Positions 10,945 to 19,634 of a stretch of 49,296 nt of DNA are shown in pieces. The notes under the pieces are model-generated. The model had not been told where the DNA came from. It did no database searches and saw only the letters and a program-made list of their open reading frames with translations. Location of the stretch: the sequence record SRR31156797_2902. One strand, written 5' to 3'. Numbering within the stretch: position 1 is the first letter of the stretch; each line of letters opens with the position of its first letter. The translations under genes and the position numbers were made by a program.

Positions 10945-10952
10945 TACTTTTG
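10945..10952 (+). promoter_or_regulatory. Bacteroidota -7 element (TACTTTTG) of hicAB
   Basis: Exact TAnnTTTG, ending 4 nt before ATG 10957. Confidence 0.6.
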
Positions 10953-10956
10953 CACA

Positions 10957-11205
10957 ATGAGTACAATTGAAAAGTTGCTTGAAAGGTTTCTGACCAAACC
11001 AAAGGATTTCAGTTATTTAGAATTAAAAAGGGTTCTAAAGCATTTTGGTTACCGCGAAAAACAGTCATCAGGTTCGAGAGTGGTTTTTATTAATGAAGAA
11101 ATTAGCCATTCTATTAAACTCCACAAACCACATCCAAAGCAGATTTTAAAGCAATACCAATTAACCCTGATTCTTGAACAATTGCGAATCAAAAAATATA
11201 TTTAA
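10957..11205 (+). CDS. hicA: Type II toxin-antitoxin HicA family toxin (mRNA interferase)
   Basis: 'MSTIEKLLERF..KPKDF', 'SGSRV.F', 'LHKPHP...LKQYQ'; basic, 82 aa. Start at ATG 10957. Confidence 0.88.
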   Translation: MSTIEKLLERFLTKPKDFSYLELKRVLKHFGYREKQSSGSRVVFINEEISHSIKLHKPHPKQILKQYQLTLILEQLRIKKYI

Positions 11206-11207
11206 TC

Positions 11208-11549
11208 ATGAATAAAAATGTTTTACACTATCGTGGCTTCACCGGTTCGGTAAATTTTGCTGCAGAAGATGAAGTCTTTTATGGTAAAGTTCTCGGTGTG
11301 GATGACCTAATTACATTCGAAGGAGAGAGCGTTAAAGCGTTGAAGCAGGCTTTCCAATATATGATTGATGAACATGTGAGGGATTGTGAAAGTGAAAACA
11401 AGCCCTTAAAAAAATCCTACAGTGGAAATTTTAATGTAAGACTGACTCCAGGTATGCACAGAAAATTGGCAGAAAAAGCTATTGTGAGAGGTCTAACCCT
11501 AAACCAATTGGTGAAAAATGCTATTGAAAGAGAACTTGAGTCAGAGTAA
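11208..11549 (+). CDS. hicB: Type II toxin-antitoxin HicB family antitoxin (RHH C-terminus)
   Basis: 'YRGFTGSV.F..ED.VFYGKV.G..DLITFEG', 'KSYSGNFNVRL.P.MH', 'LTLNQLV'. Confidence 0.9.
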   Translation: MNKNVLHYRGFTGSVNFAAEDEVFYGKVLGVDDLITFEGESVKALKQAFQYMIDEHVRDCESENKPLKKSYSGNFNVRLTPGMHRKLAEKAIVRGLTLNQLVKNAIERELESE

Positions 11550-11571
11550 TTTATTCCTGGACTTTTGAATT

Positions 11572-12495
11572 ATGAAACATCAAAAAATCAAGATAATCGC
11601 TATTAACGCCGCAAGGGAGCGGGGACCAAAATTTCCGGTTGATCAACTTGTATTAAACCAGGATGGTGTTGAAGGCGATGTGCATGCCGGATCGGTAAGG
11701 CCCGTGAGCATGTTCAATAGGGCTGAAGCCGAAAGGTTTTACAACATTACCGGCGCCTCAAAACTCGAATACGGACAATTTGCCGAAAATATATTGTTTG
11801 AGTCAGAAGATGAAATTGATGCAAGGCCTTTTGATGTTTTCAGGAAAGATGATGTTGATATCCAGGTAACCCAAAAAGGAAAACCCTTTCATGATCGTTT
11901 CCGTGAGCCGGGAAACTATGTGATGCCCCATGAAGGCATTTTCTGCAGGGTGCTCAACGGTGGCATTTTAAAAACCGGTGATGAAATGATTTTTGAGCCG
12001 AAGGTTTTCAACGTAAAGGTGATTACCCTGAGCGACCGTGCCAGCCGGGGCGTTTATGAAGACAAAAGCGGTCCGGCAGTTTCAGCCATCCTGGAAAAGT
12101 ATTTCAACAAACTAAACTGGCGTACCAACATTGAAAATATCGTTATCCCTGATGATGAACAGGGACTTACCCAACTTCTATCAGATTTACTAAAAAACAA
12201 AACCGACCTGATCATCACCACAGGTGGCACAGGCATTGGTCCACGGGATATCACCCCGGATGTGATGCAGCAATTCATCAAAAAAGAAATCCCCGGCATC
12301 ATGGAAATGATCCGCTGGAAATACGGCATAGAAAAACCTGCCGCCCTGATCAGTCGTGCTGTTGCCGGAGTTCACGAAAAAACATTGTTGTTTGCGCTGC
12401 CCGGAGCAGTGAGAGCAGTGAACGAATACATGGGTGAAATCATCAAGCACCTCGAACACCTGTATTATATGATCGAGGGGGTTGACCGGCATTAA
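11572..12495 (+). CDS. Degenerate MOSC domain fused to MogA/MoaB molybdopterin adenylyltransferase
   Basis: N-terminal half has 'GVEGDVHAG', 'GQFAENI', 'VMPHEGIF'. C-terminal half has 'ITLSDRASRG.YEDKSG', 'TTGGTGIGPRDITPD', 'EIPGI.E.IR', 'SRAVAG', 'LPG'. Confidence 0.9.
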   Translation: MKHQKIKIIAINAARERGPKFPVDQLVLNQDGVEGDVHAGSVRPVSMFNRAEAERFYNITGASKLEYGQFAENILFESEDEIDARPFDVFRKDDVDIQVTQKGKPFHDRFREPGNYVMPHEGIFCRVLNGGILKTGDEMIFEPKVFNVKVITLSDRASRGVYEDKSGPAVSAILEKYFNKLNWRTNIENIVIPDDEQGLTQLLSDLLKNKTDLIITTGGTGIGPRDITPDVMQQFIKKEIPGIMEMIRWKYGIEKPAALISRAVAGVHEKTLLFALPGAVRAVNEYMGEIIKHLEHLYYMIEGVDRH

Positions 12496-12498
12496 ACC

Positions 12499-14160
12499 CT
12501 ACTTCAGCCGCTCCACATTTTCTTCAGCCATTAACTTTGCAGCAAACCCTGCCGGCTGGCCATCAGGATCAATAACCGCATTAAACTGATACAGCTGCAC
12601 ACAATCCAAATCCGAACCCGTCCATTCTCCGGGAATGATCGACAAAAAAGTCCTGACCTCATTGTCACACTGATCTTCATCAATCCATGACCCTGTATTG
12701 GCATAAACCTGCGTGTAGTCTTTCCCAGAAGGATAAACTTTAAGCTTTGGCTCATGGGAATGCCCGAAAACAATCACATCATATTTGGCCAAACCGGGTG
12801 ACTGGCTGATATATTCTTCTTCCACTGCTTCGGTGAGATAATGTCCATTTAGTATAGCTGAAAAAACATCTATCGGAGTGGATACATTATTGGTGTCCTG
12901 CGTATCGGACCAAAAATCTTCAATATTGGCGGCATACATATCCTGAATACCATTAAACGACATGGCATTGTCATATCCGTTTATCCCGCCCATTTGAATG
13001 ATATTGTTATCTAAATCCGGAATATCCATATCGAACTGATGGATTACATACAGAAAAGCAACAGTCCAGGCGGTGTTAAATTCAAAAGATCCATTCATCA
13101 TCTTTTCATCTTTAAAAATTGATGGATTATTATAAACCATCCCTGTTGCATACAACCGTGAAATAAAATAGCCCGGCGGCAACATGTGCCCCTGGTTAAC
13201 CAATGGTTGTGGTGTATTGAAAAAATCATACCTGTGCCCATGTTCCAGTACCATATTTTCTACAGGATGATAGATTCCGAGTCCCGTAGCATCACCAGCC
13301 CAGGTGCAATTTGGCATTATACCTGTAAGCACCTCCTGTGAAATCATCATATCATGATTACCAGGCACATACACGAGATCAATCTCAGGAAAATCTGCAA
13401 TCTGGTTTAATTTTTCAATGATGATACTATTCGTCGGTGCTGCTGCAATGGCTTCAAAATATTCCTTCGATGAGGTTATGGAAGAAGATTCATCAAAAGG
13501 TGAAACCTCGCAGGGAACAACCCACTCATCAAACAGATCACCCTGAATCAATAATGAATTAATGTTACCTTGCAGATATACTGTATCTAAAAAAGACTCC
13601 AATGCAGCCTTGTTTTTTCCGAACCAGCTATACCCGGCGTTATTGGCTCTTGCATCTCCAAGGTGTATATCGCTGATACAAACTATAGCATTTCTCTGTT
13701 GCCTTGAATCATCCATTTTAAAAACGTGACCAACCGTGGTCCTCACATCATATTCAGTGGTTTGTTGCAAATAAGTTCCGTTTGAAAAACCGACTTCATT
13801 TGAAATCTCCAGCTTATATTTCCAGCCTTGTTTTAACGAAAAATCTTCATGAAATTTCAACATCACAAGCTTTCCCGAAACAATCAGATCGAACTTGTTA
13901 TCATAAATCCCATCCTTATCCGAAATGTGAATATTCCCTGTAACCGAAGATGAATCAACAGGTTCGTCAAATATAATCTCAATTGCCCTGGAATTGTGAT
14001 CCAGGTGATGGTATACATTATGCCTGGGCTCCATTCCCGGAAATGAAACCGATATTTGATAGGCAGGCTCAGGACCTTCATCGTCCTTACAATGGGGAAA
14101 AAGAATAAGGAGAAATACACAGGTAGTTATACAGGCGAATGTTGTGAAGTAAAATTTCAT
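12499..14160 (-). CDS. Secreted/lipoprotein calcineurin-like metallophosphoesterase with N-terminal Ig-like domain
   Basis: Motifs 'ISDIHLG', 'GDLFD', 'PGNHD', 'EHGH', 'FGHSH', 'NTGSW'. Ig-like 'IEIIFDEPVD'. Signal/Cys 'FPHCKDD'. Likely start ATG 14160 (ORF extends to 14214). Confidence 0.85.
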   Translation of the reverse strand: MKFYFTTFACITTCVFLLILFPHCKDDEGPEPAYQISVSFPGMEPRHNVYHHLDHNSRAIEIIFDEPVDSSSVTGNIHISDKDGIYDNKFDLIVSGKLVMLKFHEDFSLKQGWKYKLEISNEVGFSNGTYLQQTTEYDVRTTVGHVFKMDDSRQQRNAIVCISDIHLGDARANNAGYSWFGKNKAALESFLDTVYLQGNINSLLIQGDLFDEWVVPCEVSPFDESSSITSSKEYFEAIAAAPTNSIIIEKLNQIADFPEIDLVYVPGNHDMMISQEVLTGIMPNCTWAGDATGLGIYHPVENMVLEHGHRYDFFNTPQPLVNQGHMLPPGYFISRLYATGMVYNNPSIFKDEKMMNGSFEFNTAWTVAFLYVIHQFDMDIPDLDNNIIQMGGINGYDNAMSFNGIQDMYAANIEDFWSDTQDTNNVSTPIDVFSAILNGHYLTEAVEEEYISQSPGLAKYDVIVFGHSHEPKLKVYPSGKDYTQVYANTGSWIDEDQCDNEVRTFLSIIPGEWTGSDLDCVQLYQFNAVIDPDGQPAGFAAKLMAEENVERLK

Positions 14161-14272
14161 AGCTCTCATTTTTTTGATGATCATAAAGATACGCAATATG
14201 CCGGCGTACAGCAAAAATTAATTGAATGCCGATCAGGAAAAGATGATGGAAAAGGTTTGATTCAGACCCGGG

Positions 14273-15583
14273 TCAGGCTGAAATTGAATTTACCCTGTCC
14301 AAAATTTTTTGCCGTAAACTCCGGAGTTTTTTTGAATTCCTGCTACCAGATTGCTTGATTTGTTGCCAGGTTTTCTGATAAAAATCTTTAAGATAAAGCG
14401 CCACTTTCCCAAACAAAGGAAGTGAAATGAGATATATCAAGGCATACCAAAAGTTTCCTGAAACAATCCATACCACAACCCATTGCAGCAAAAGAAAAAC
14501 GGGCATGGCTATGATCCAGGCCACGTATTCGACAGTAGCCCAAAATACCTCATCCTTGATTTTTTTCCGGATCAGGATGGAAGGCAGATGAAACCCCAAA
14601 AAGAAATTGAGCCAACCATACAGGAAAACAGGAACGGTAATTCCACTTAGAAAAGCATTTGCCATAGCACGGAAACCAACACTTTTTTGACGGGCAACCT
14701 TATCAGTAATTTTACTACTTTTTAAGGCATTCCGGTATTCAGAAACCATGTTAAATAATTCGTCTGCCTCTGCGGGAGATGCCTTTTCGAAAGCCTCAAC
14801 ATCTCTGACAAACTGTTTTTCTTTTTCCAGTTTCTCTACCGGACTGGTATTTCCGGGCAGGTCGTTTCCAAAAATTTCACGAAGCATGTCATAATCATCA
14901 TAATGATCTTTGCTGTGAATCTGCAGCGTGAGTGGAATTAGCTTATCATAGATTTCATTTCTCAATGAAATTGCTGCAGCACCCGGGTTTTCCTGGAACT
15001 GCGCTTTAAAGTCGCTGATTTTGATGGGCTCCCCAAATGTAATGATCAGTTCACGGTTGAACTTATTATAATGGTCGTAGAATAAACCTGTTGGCACAAT
15101 GTGGATATCCAGGTTAAAGTCTTCCCGCTCTTCGGCCATAAATGCTATACGTGGAACGGCCTTTTTATGGGTAGCACTTTGACACTTAAAAGTATGTTGC
15201 CCTTCAGGAAACAAGGCAAGGGATTTATTATTTTTCAACACCCTGACTGCCAGTTCAAAAACAGCATCATTCTTCCCCAGGTTCTCCTTGCCGTCGCGCA
15301 TCCGGTAAACCGGACTGATTTTCAGGAAGTATAAAATTTTGCTGATGGTTTTGTTTTTAAAGATATCAGCCCTGGCCAGCCAGGTAGGCTGATGTTTGGT
15401 TGCCAGCAGAACCGCCATAGCATCCATCAATGCATTCTGATGGTTAGGTGCAAAAATGATAGGCTTATTCAGGGGCAGGTTTTCCATACCCGCAATAGTG
15501 ATCCTTTTGTGAATCATTCTATGAAGCCACCGTGCATAAACACGCAAGGCATCATACCCTAAAGAATATTGCTCATGATTCAT
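14273..15583 (-). CDS. Glycerolipid (lysophospholipid) acyltransferase with C-terminal TM region
   Basis: HX4D motif 'NHQNALMD', 'LARADIF', 'PVYR', 'LFPEG'; hydrophobic C-terminus. Confidence 0.9.
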   Translation of the reverse strand: MNHEQYSLGYDALRVYARWLHRMIHKRITIAGMENLPLNKPIIFAPNHQNALMDAMAVLLATKHQPTWLARADIFKNKTISKILYFLKISPVYRMRDGKENLGKNDAVFELAVRVLKNNKSLALFPEGQHTFKCQSATHKKAVPRIAFMAEEREDFNLDIHIVPTGLFYDHYNKFNRELIITFGEPIKISDFKAQFQENPGAAAISLRNEIYDKLIPLTLQIHSKDHYDDYDMLREIFGNDLPGNTSPVEKLEKEKQFVRDVEAFEKASPAEADELFNMVSEYRNALKSSKITDKVARQKSVGFRAMANAFLSGITVPVFLYGWLNFFLGFHLPSILIRKKIKDEVFWATVEYVAWIIAMPVFLLLQWVVVWIVSGNFWYALIYLISLPLFGKVALYLKDFYQKTWQQIKQSGSRNSKKLRSLRQKILDRVNSISA

Positions 15584-16526
15584 GGACCAGGATTTTTTTT
15601 CGTGACCAAATAGTTGCTATCGTTAACCCGCTGATGATATGCCAGATTCCCCACCAGGCAGCAATGATCGTCATTCCACCCAATTCCATTTCAGGCGGAA
15701 ATATCTTTGGATTAAACATCAGTGCCAAAGCCAATCCTGAATTCTGTATACCGGTTTCGATGGTGAGTGAGCGCTTGTCCTGTTGAGGTAAACGCATCAC
15801 AGTACCTGCCAAAAATCCGGTACCCAAAGCCAACAAATTGTGCAAAAACACAATAAAAAAAACCAGTTGAATGTAATTTTTAAAGTGTGCAAAATTTGCC
15901 GACAACAGAAAAACCACCAACCCTACAAAAAACAGGATGGAGATGGTTTTGATGGGTTTTTTGATTTTTGTAGTAATCTTTGGAAGCTTTGTCGAAACAA
16001 AGATACCCAGCAATACCGGAATGCCCAGCAGGATAAAAACAGTTTGAAAAACCTGGAATTTATCAATCGTTATGGGCCTTAGCAATTCACTGGCCGTACT
16101 GTTTTGATGCTGAATGTAAAGATCACCCCACAGCGAAAAATTGAACGGGGTCATAAAAATAGCAGCGAGTGTGGCTATTGCAGTAAGCGTAATGGATAGC
16201 GCGGCATTACCCTTGGCATTGGCACTCATAAAATTTGAAATATTCCCTCCCGGGCAGGCAGCAACCAGGATCATACCTAATGCAACAGTTGAGGTTAGAT
16301 TGAGTGAAATTACCAAACCAAAAGTCAGGGCCGGTAACAATAAAAATTGGGAAACAACACCGGTGAGGAATGATTTTGGTTTCCTGATTACGCTCTTAAA
16401 ATGGGAGAGATTTATATCCAGCGCTACACCAAACATGATGAATGCCAGTGCAATATTCAGGATATGAATCCCACCTGAAGAAAAATTCAGCCTGATATGA
16501 TCAAGGACCTCTAATGAATCTTGCAT
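15573..16526 (-). CDS. Bile acid:sodium symporter (BASS) family transporter
   Basis: 'IMFGVAL', 'ACPGGNISN', 'IETGIQNSGL', multiple TM helices. Likely start ATG 16526, with TACCTTTG -7 element at 16546-16553 (minus). Stop overlaps the acyltransferase start. Confidence 0.92.
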   Translation of the reverse strand: MQDSLEVLDHIRLNFSSGGIHILNIALAFIMFGVALDINLSHFKSVIRKPKSFLTGVVSQFLLLPALTFGLVISLNLTSTVALGMILVAACPGGNISNFMSANAKGNAALSITLTAIATLAAIFMTPFNFSLWGDLYIQHQNSTASELLRPITIDKFQVFQTVFILLGIPVLLGIFVSTKLPKITTKIKKPIKTISILFFVGLVVFLLSANFAHFKNYIQLVFFIVFLHNLLALGTGFLAGTVMRLPQQDKRSLTIETGIQNSGLALALMFNPKIFPPEMELGGMTIIAAWWGIWHIISGLTIATIWSRKKILVHES

Positions 16527-16636
16527 TATCCGATTTGCTAAGCTGCAAAGGTACGAGTTATTTCTACATTGAAATTTTCGGCGTGGATGTTGTAATGTTT
16601 TCCTAATTTTGTTGTGATAACCAAAACTTACGTCAT

Positions 16637-17401
16637 ATGAAAAAATCATTTTTACTCCTATCAGCTATGTTCTTTGCTTTAGTATCAACATTTGCCCAGG
16701 TTGATAAAATGAAAGATATCCTTGAAGACGAGACCGATAGCGAAAATCTCACCATCCGGTTTTATAATGCCCTCGACGGCCTGCCCATAAAGGGTGGAAC
16801 TGTTGCCATAGATGAAATCGGTGAATTCACTACCGATGCAGAAGGTAAAATAAAATTTCCACGCCTTGACGAAGACCAGGCACTTCTGGTCAACTTCAAA
16901 GCCGACGGGTACATAACCACGGATGTAAAAACGGAGGTTGTTGCCGGCACCATTTTTTATAACCGCATTTCGATCTCTCCGGAAATGTCGATGGAAAACG
17001 TGCGTATCATCCTCGATTGGGGCCGCAATCCCGACGACCTGGATGCCCACCTGGAGAAGAAGGGAAACTATCATGTTTCATATCGAGATATGAAAACCTC
17101 CGATGACGGCGAAGCACGCCTCGACAGGGATGACCGCGACAGCTGGGGACCCGAAACCATCACCATTCAGGAAGTAGAAACCGATGCTGATTACACCTAC
17201 TGGGTTCACGACTTCACCAATCGCACCAAAGAGAATTCAAAGAAACTATCGCGGTCGAAAGCTGTTGTGAAAATATATGCCGGCAACGAACTAAAATATA
17301 CAGTAAATATACCTAAAAGTGACCGTGGCAACAAGTGGCAGGTGTTTACCATTGCCGACGGCCAAATAAACGAGAACAGCTACTTAACCAGCACCAACTA
17401 A
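16637..17401 (+). CDS. Secreted protein with beta-sandwich domain + YfaP/DUF2135-like domain
   Basis: Signal peptide; 'TTDAEG' prealbumin-like segment; 'RIILDWG..PDDLDAHL' and 'LDRDD..SWGPETITI' motifs. Confidence 0.65.
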   Translation: MKKSFLLLSAMFFALVSTFAQVDKMKDILEDETDSENLTIRFYNALDGLPIKGGTVAIDEIGEFTTDAEGKIKFPRLDEDQALLVNFKADGYITTDVKTEVVAGTIFYNRISISPEMSMENVRIILDWGRNPDDLDAHLEKKGNYHVSYRDMKTSDDGEARLDRDDRDSWGPETITIQEVETDADYTYWVHDFTNRTKENSKKLSRSKAVVKIYAGNELKYTVNIPKSDRGNKWQVFTIADGQINENSYLTSTN

Positions 17402-17421
17402 CCATTTGATTCCCGAAACCA

Positions 17422-19419
17422 GTGACTGGTCGCTTTAAATTAATATTGCTAAACATGGCATTGCTCACTGTAATTTTGAGTTTTGCATCCAAATCGGGCT
17501 ATGCTGATGAGTTCGTGGTGCGATCATTCAAACCCGCTCCAAACGACCTTTCGGCCATCCAGTACGAATACCTCGATGTAAACGACGAAAAGTGTGCGAT
17601 CATCAAAGTAAGGACCGACCTGAGGAATCTCTCCTTTGACTCGGGGAAGAACCTGGCCAAGGATGTAGAATTCAAAAACGGGGAATACTGGTTATACGTT
17701 TCACCGGGAGAAAAGCGGCTTACCATTATCAAAGATGGGTTTATTACGCTGCATTTCCCGATTGATATTTCGGTCAGGCCGGCCAAAGTTTATGTGCTGG
17801 AAATCACAAACAAGGACAAAGGCTCTGCCGAAACGGGTTCGATGATCATCAACACCACACCCCTCGGTGCTAAAGTTATCATTACGGAATTATCCGGCCT
17901 TGAATTCACCACACCCGCCAAACTCACCAACTACCCGGCATTCCCCTACTCCATCACCGTGTTAAAAGACAGGTACAAAACAATTGATACAATGCTTACC
18001 ATTCACCCGGGCGAAGAAATCATCCACAACCTGGAACTCGAGCCGCGTTGGGGTGACCTGATCATTGATGTAAACCCGATAGATGCAGAAGTATATATCG
18101 ACAACCAATATCTTGGAACCGGATACCTTGAACTGGTAAGTGAAGAAAATGGGGTATTTACCGGAACACACACCATTTCTGTGATGCGTGACAAATACTA
18201 TCCCATGCAAAAAACACTAGAAATTGTGCGTGGAAATAACGGCACACTGGAGTTTAACCTCAGGCCGAGAACAGGATATTTGGGGATTACTGTTTCTCCT
18301 GCTGATGCCCAGGTCATGCTGAATGGTAATTTGATTGATCAACTTCCTTACGGTGATTCCCTGCTCATTGGCACCTACGAAATTTCAATACAGCGGGATG
18401 GATACAGAACGATCAATAAAAACGTGGAACTTGCCGAGAATCAGCGCATCGATCTTTTTGAAGAAATGGAGCATACCAGGCGGGTCAGGGTAACTTCCGA
18501 ACCCTCAGGTGCAGCCATTTACCTCAGGGATGAATACCTGGGCACAACCCCTGAAAATGTGATTCTAAACTATGGTACAAATTCCCTGATCCTTAAAAAG
18601 GATAATTTTGAGGATCTTGATAAGCGCATTGAAGTAACCGGCTCAACCGACCGCTTTGAGTTTGAACTTGAACCGGCAAAATATAACATCACCGTAAATA
18701 CTTCACCTCAAGGGGCCAATGTTTATCTCAATAATAGATTGACAGATGATACACCCCTAAATCTGAAAGTGAGTTATGGAACATATCGTGTAAAACTTGA
18801 GAAATACGGTTATTTCAGAAAAAGAAAAATCATCCATGTTTCATTCAACGACCAGACCTTTAATTTTCGGCTGTCACCGCTCAGGCATGTTAGGTTTGGG
18901 GTGGTGCGTGGTGCCGACTCATGGGGCGGCGAATTTACGTATGTTGAGGACTTATTTGGCTTAACCCTGGGCTATTTCCAGCCACCCAAAAAAACATTCG
19001 ACCCGGGCATTGATCATGAAAATATCGACACTGGCGATTATTATGATCTGGATCCTGGATCCTCTGTTGGTGTGCAGTCCAACGGCGATTCATTAAGCTT
19101 TAAGATCATTGGCAAGGGACATTTTTTCTTGAATAAGGTACCCACCTTCTCGATAGTTTTAGGAATGGCCATGGGAAAGATCCACTATTCTGAGGTTTAC
19201 CAAGCCAATGCAAATTACGAACATATTGGTACCGGTGAATCAATCAGTGAGGGAGAATATTATTCCATCGCCAACAAAGGCAATTTCAAAATTAGCCCTA
19301 TAGTTGGTGTTTCATTGCGCCTGCTCCGATATTTATATGTGGGCACAGAATACTGGTTTCTTACTGAAAAGGATACCCAGCTGTTTTTTAATGGTGGTGT
19401 TTGTATTCCATTGAATTAA
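17422..19419 (+). CDS. PEGA-repeat secreted/outer-membrane protein
   Basis: Signal peptide; N-domain 'DLSA...D.N...CAIIKV'; repeated PEGA starts 'INTTPLGA', 'VNPIDAEVYID', 'VSPADAQV', 'TSEPSGAAIY', 'NTSPQGANVY'; amphipathic beta-rich C-terminus. Confidence 0.8.
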   Translation: MTGRFKLILLNMALLTVILSFASKSGYADEFVVRSFKPAPNDLSAIQYEYLDVNDEKCAIIKVRTDLRNLSFDSGKNLAKDVEFKNGEYWLYVSPGEKRLTIIKDGFITLHFPIDISVRPAKVYVLEITNKDKGSAETGSMIINTTPLGAKVIITELSGLEFTTPAKLTNYPAFPYSITVLKDRYKTIDTMLTIHPGEEIIHNLELEPRWGDLIIDVNPIDAEVYIDNQYLGTGYLELVSEENGVFTGTHTISVMRDKYYPMQKTLEIVRGNNGTLEFNLRPRTGYLGITVSPADAQVMLNGNLIDQLPYGDSLLIGTYEISIQRDGYRTINKNVELAENQRIDLFEEMEHTRRVRVTSEPSGAAIYLRDEYLGTTPENVILNYGTNSLILKKDNFEDLDKRIEVTGSTDRFEFELEPAKYNITVNTSPQGANVYLNNRLTDDTPLNLKVSYGTYRVKLEKYGYFRKRKIIHVSFNDQTFNFRLSPLRHVRFGVVRGADSWGGEFTYVEDLFGLTLGYFQPPKKTFDPGIDHENIDTGDYYDLDPGSSVGVQSNGDSLSFKIIGKGHFFLNKVPTFSIVLGMAMGKIHYSEVYQANANYEHIGTGESISEGEYYSIANKGNFKISPIVGVSLRLLRYLYVGTEYWFLTEKDTQLFFNGGVCIPLN

Positions 19420-19597
19420 AAGCCCGCAGAAACCTTCCCGGTTCCTCCTTCCGGAAATCGGGTAAGTATTTTATCACCAGAAAAAACAGGTGTTTTTAAC
19501 ACATCATACCATGGGCATAATTTTACTTTCCAAAACAAAGTCATGTAAATTTGATGTAAAATTTACCCGATGGGCAAGGCAGCCGTCATAAAGATAT

Positions 19598-19605
19598 TAT
19601 TTTTG
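19598..19605 (+). promoter_or_regulatory. Bacteroidota -7 element (TATTTTTG) for asnS
   Basis: Exact TAnnTTTG about 30 nt upstream of the ATG. Confidence 0.55.
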
Positions 19606-19634
19606 CAACCTTTAAAAAAACAACATATTTTATA

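Noticed and set aside
17422-19419. PEGA protein as a diversity-generating retroelement target
   Set aside because: No FGE/C-type lectin C-terminus, no reverse transcriptase and no TR/VR repeat pair seen in the window.
19420-19634. T-box or riboswitch upstream of asnS
   Set aside because: No T-box consensus or terminator/antiterminator seen, and the -7 promoter element is only about 30 nt from the start codon.
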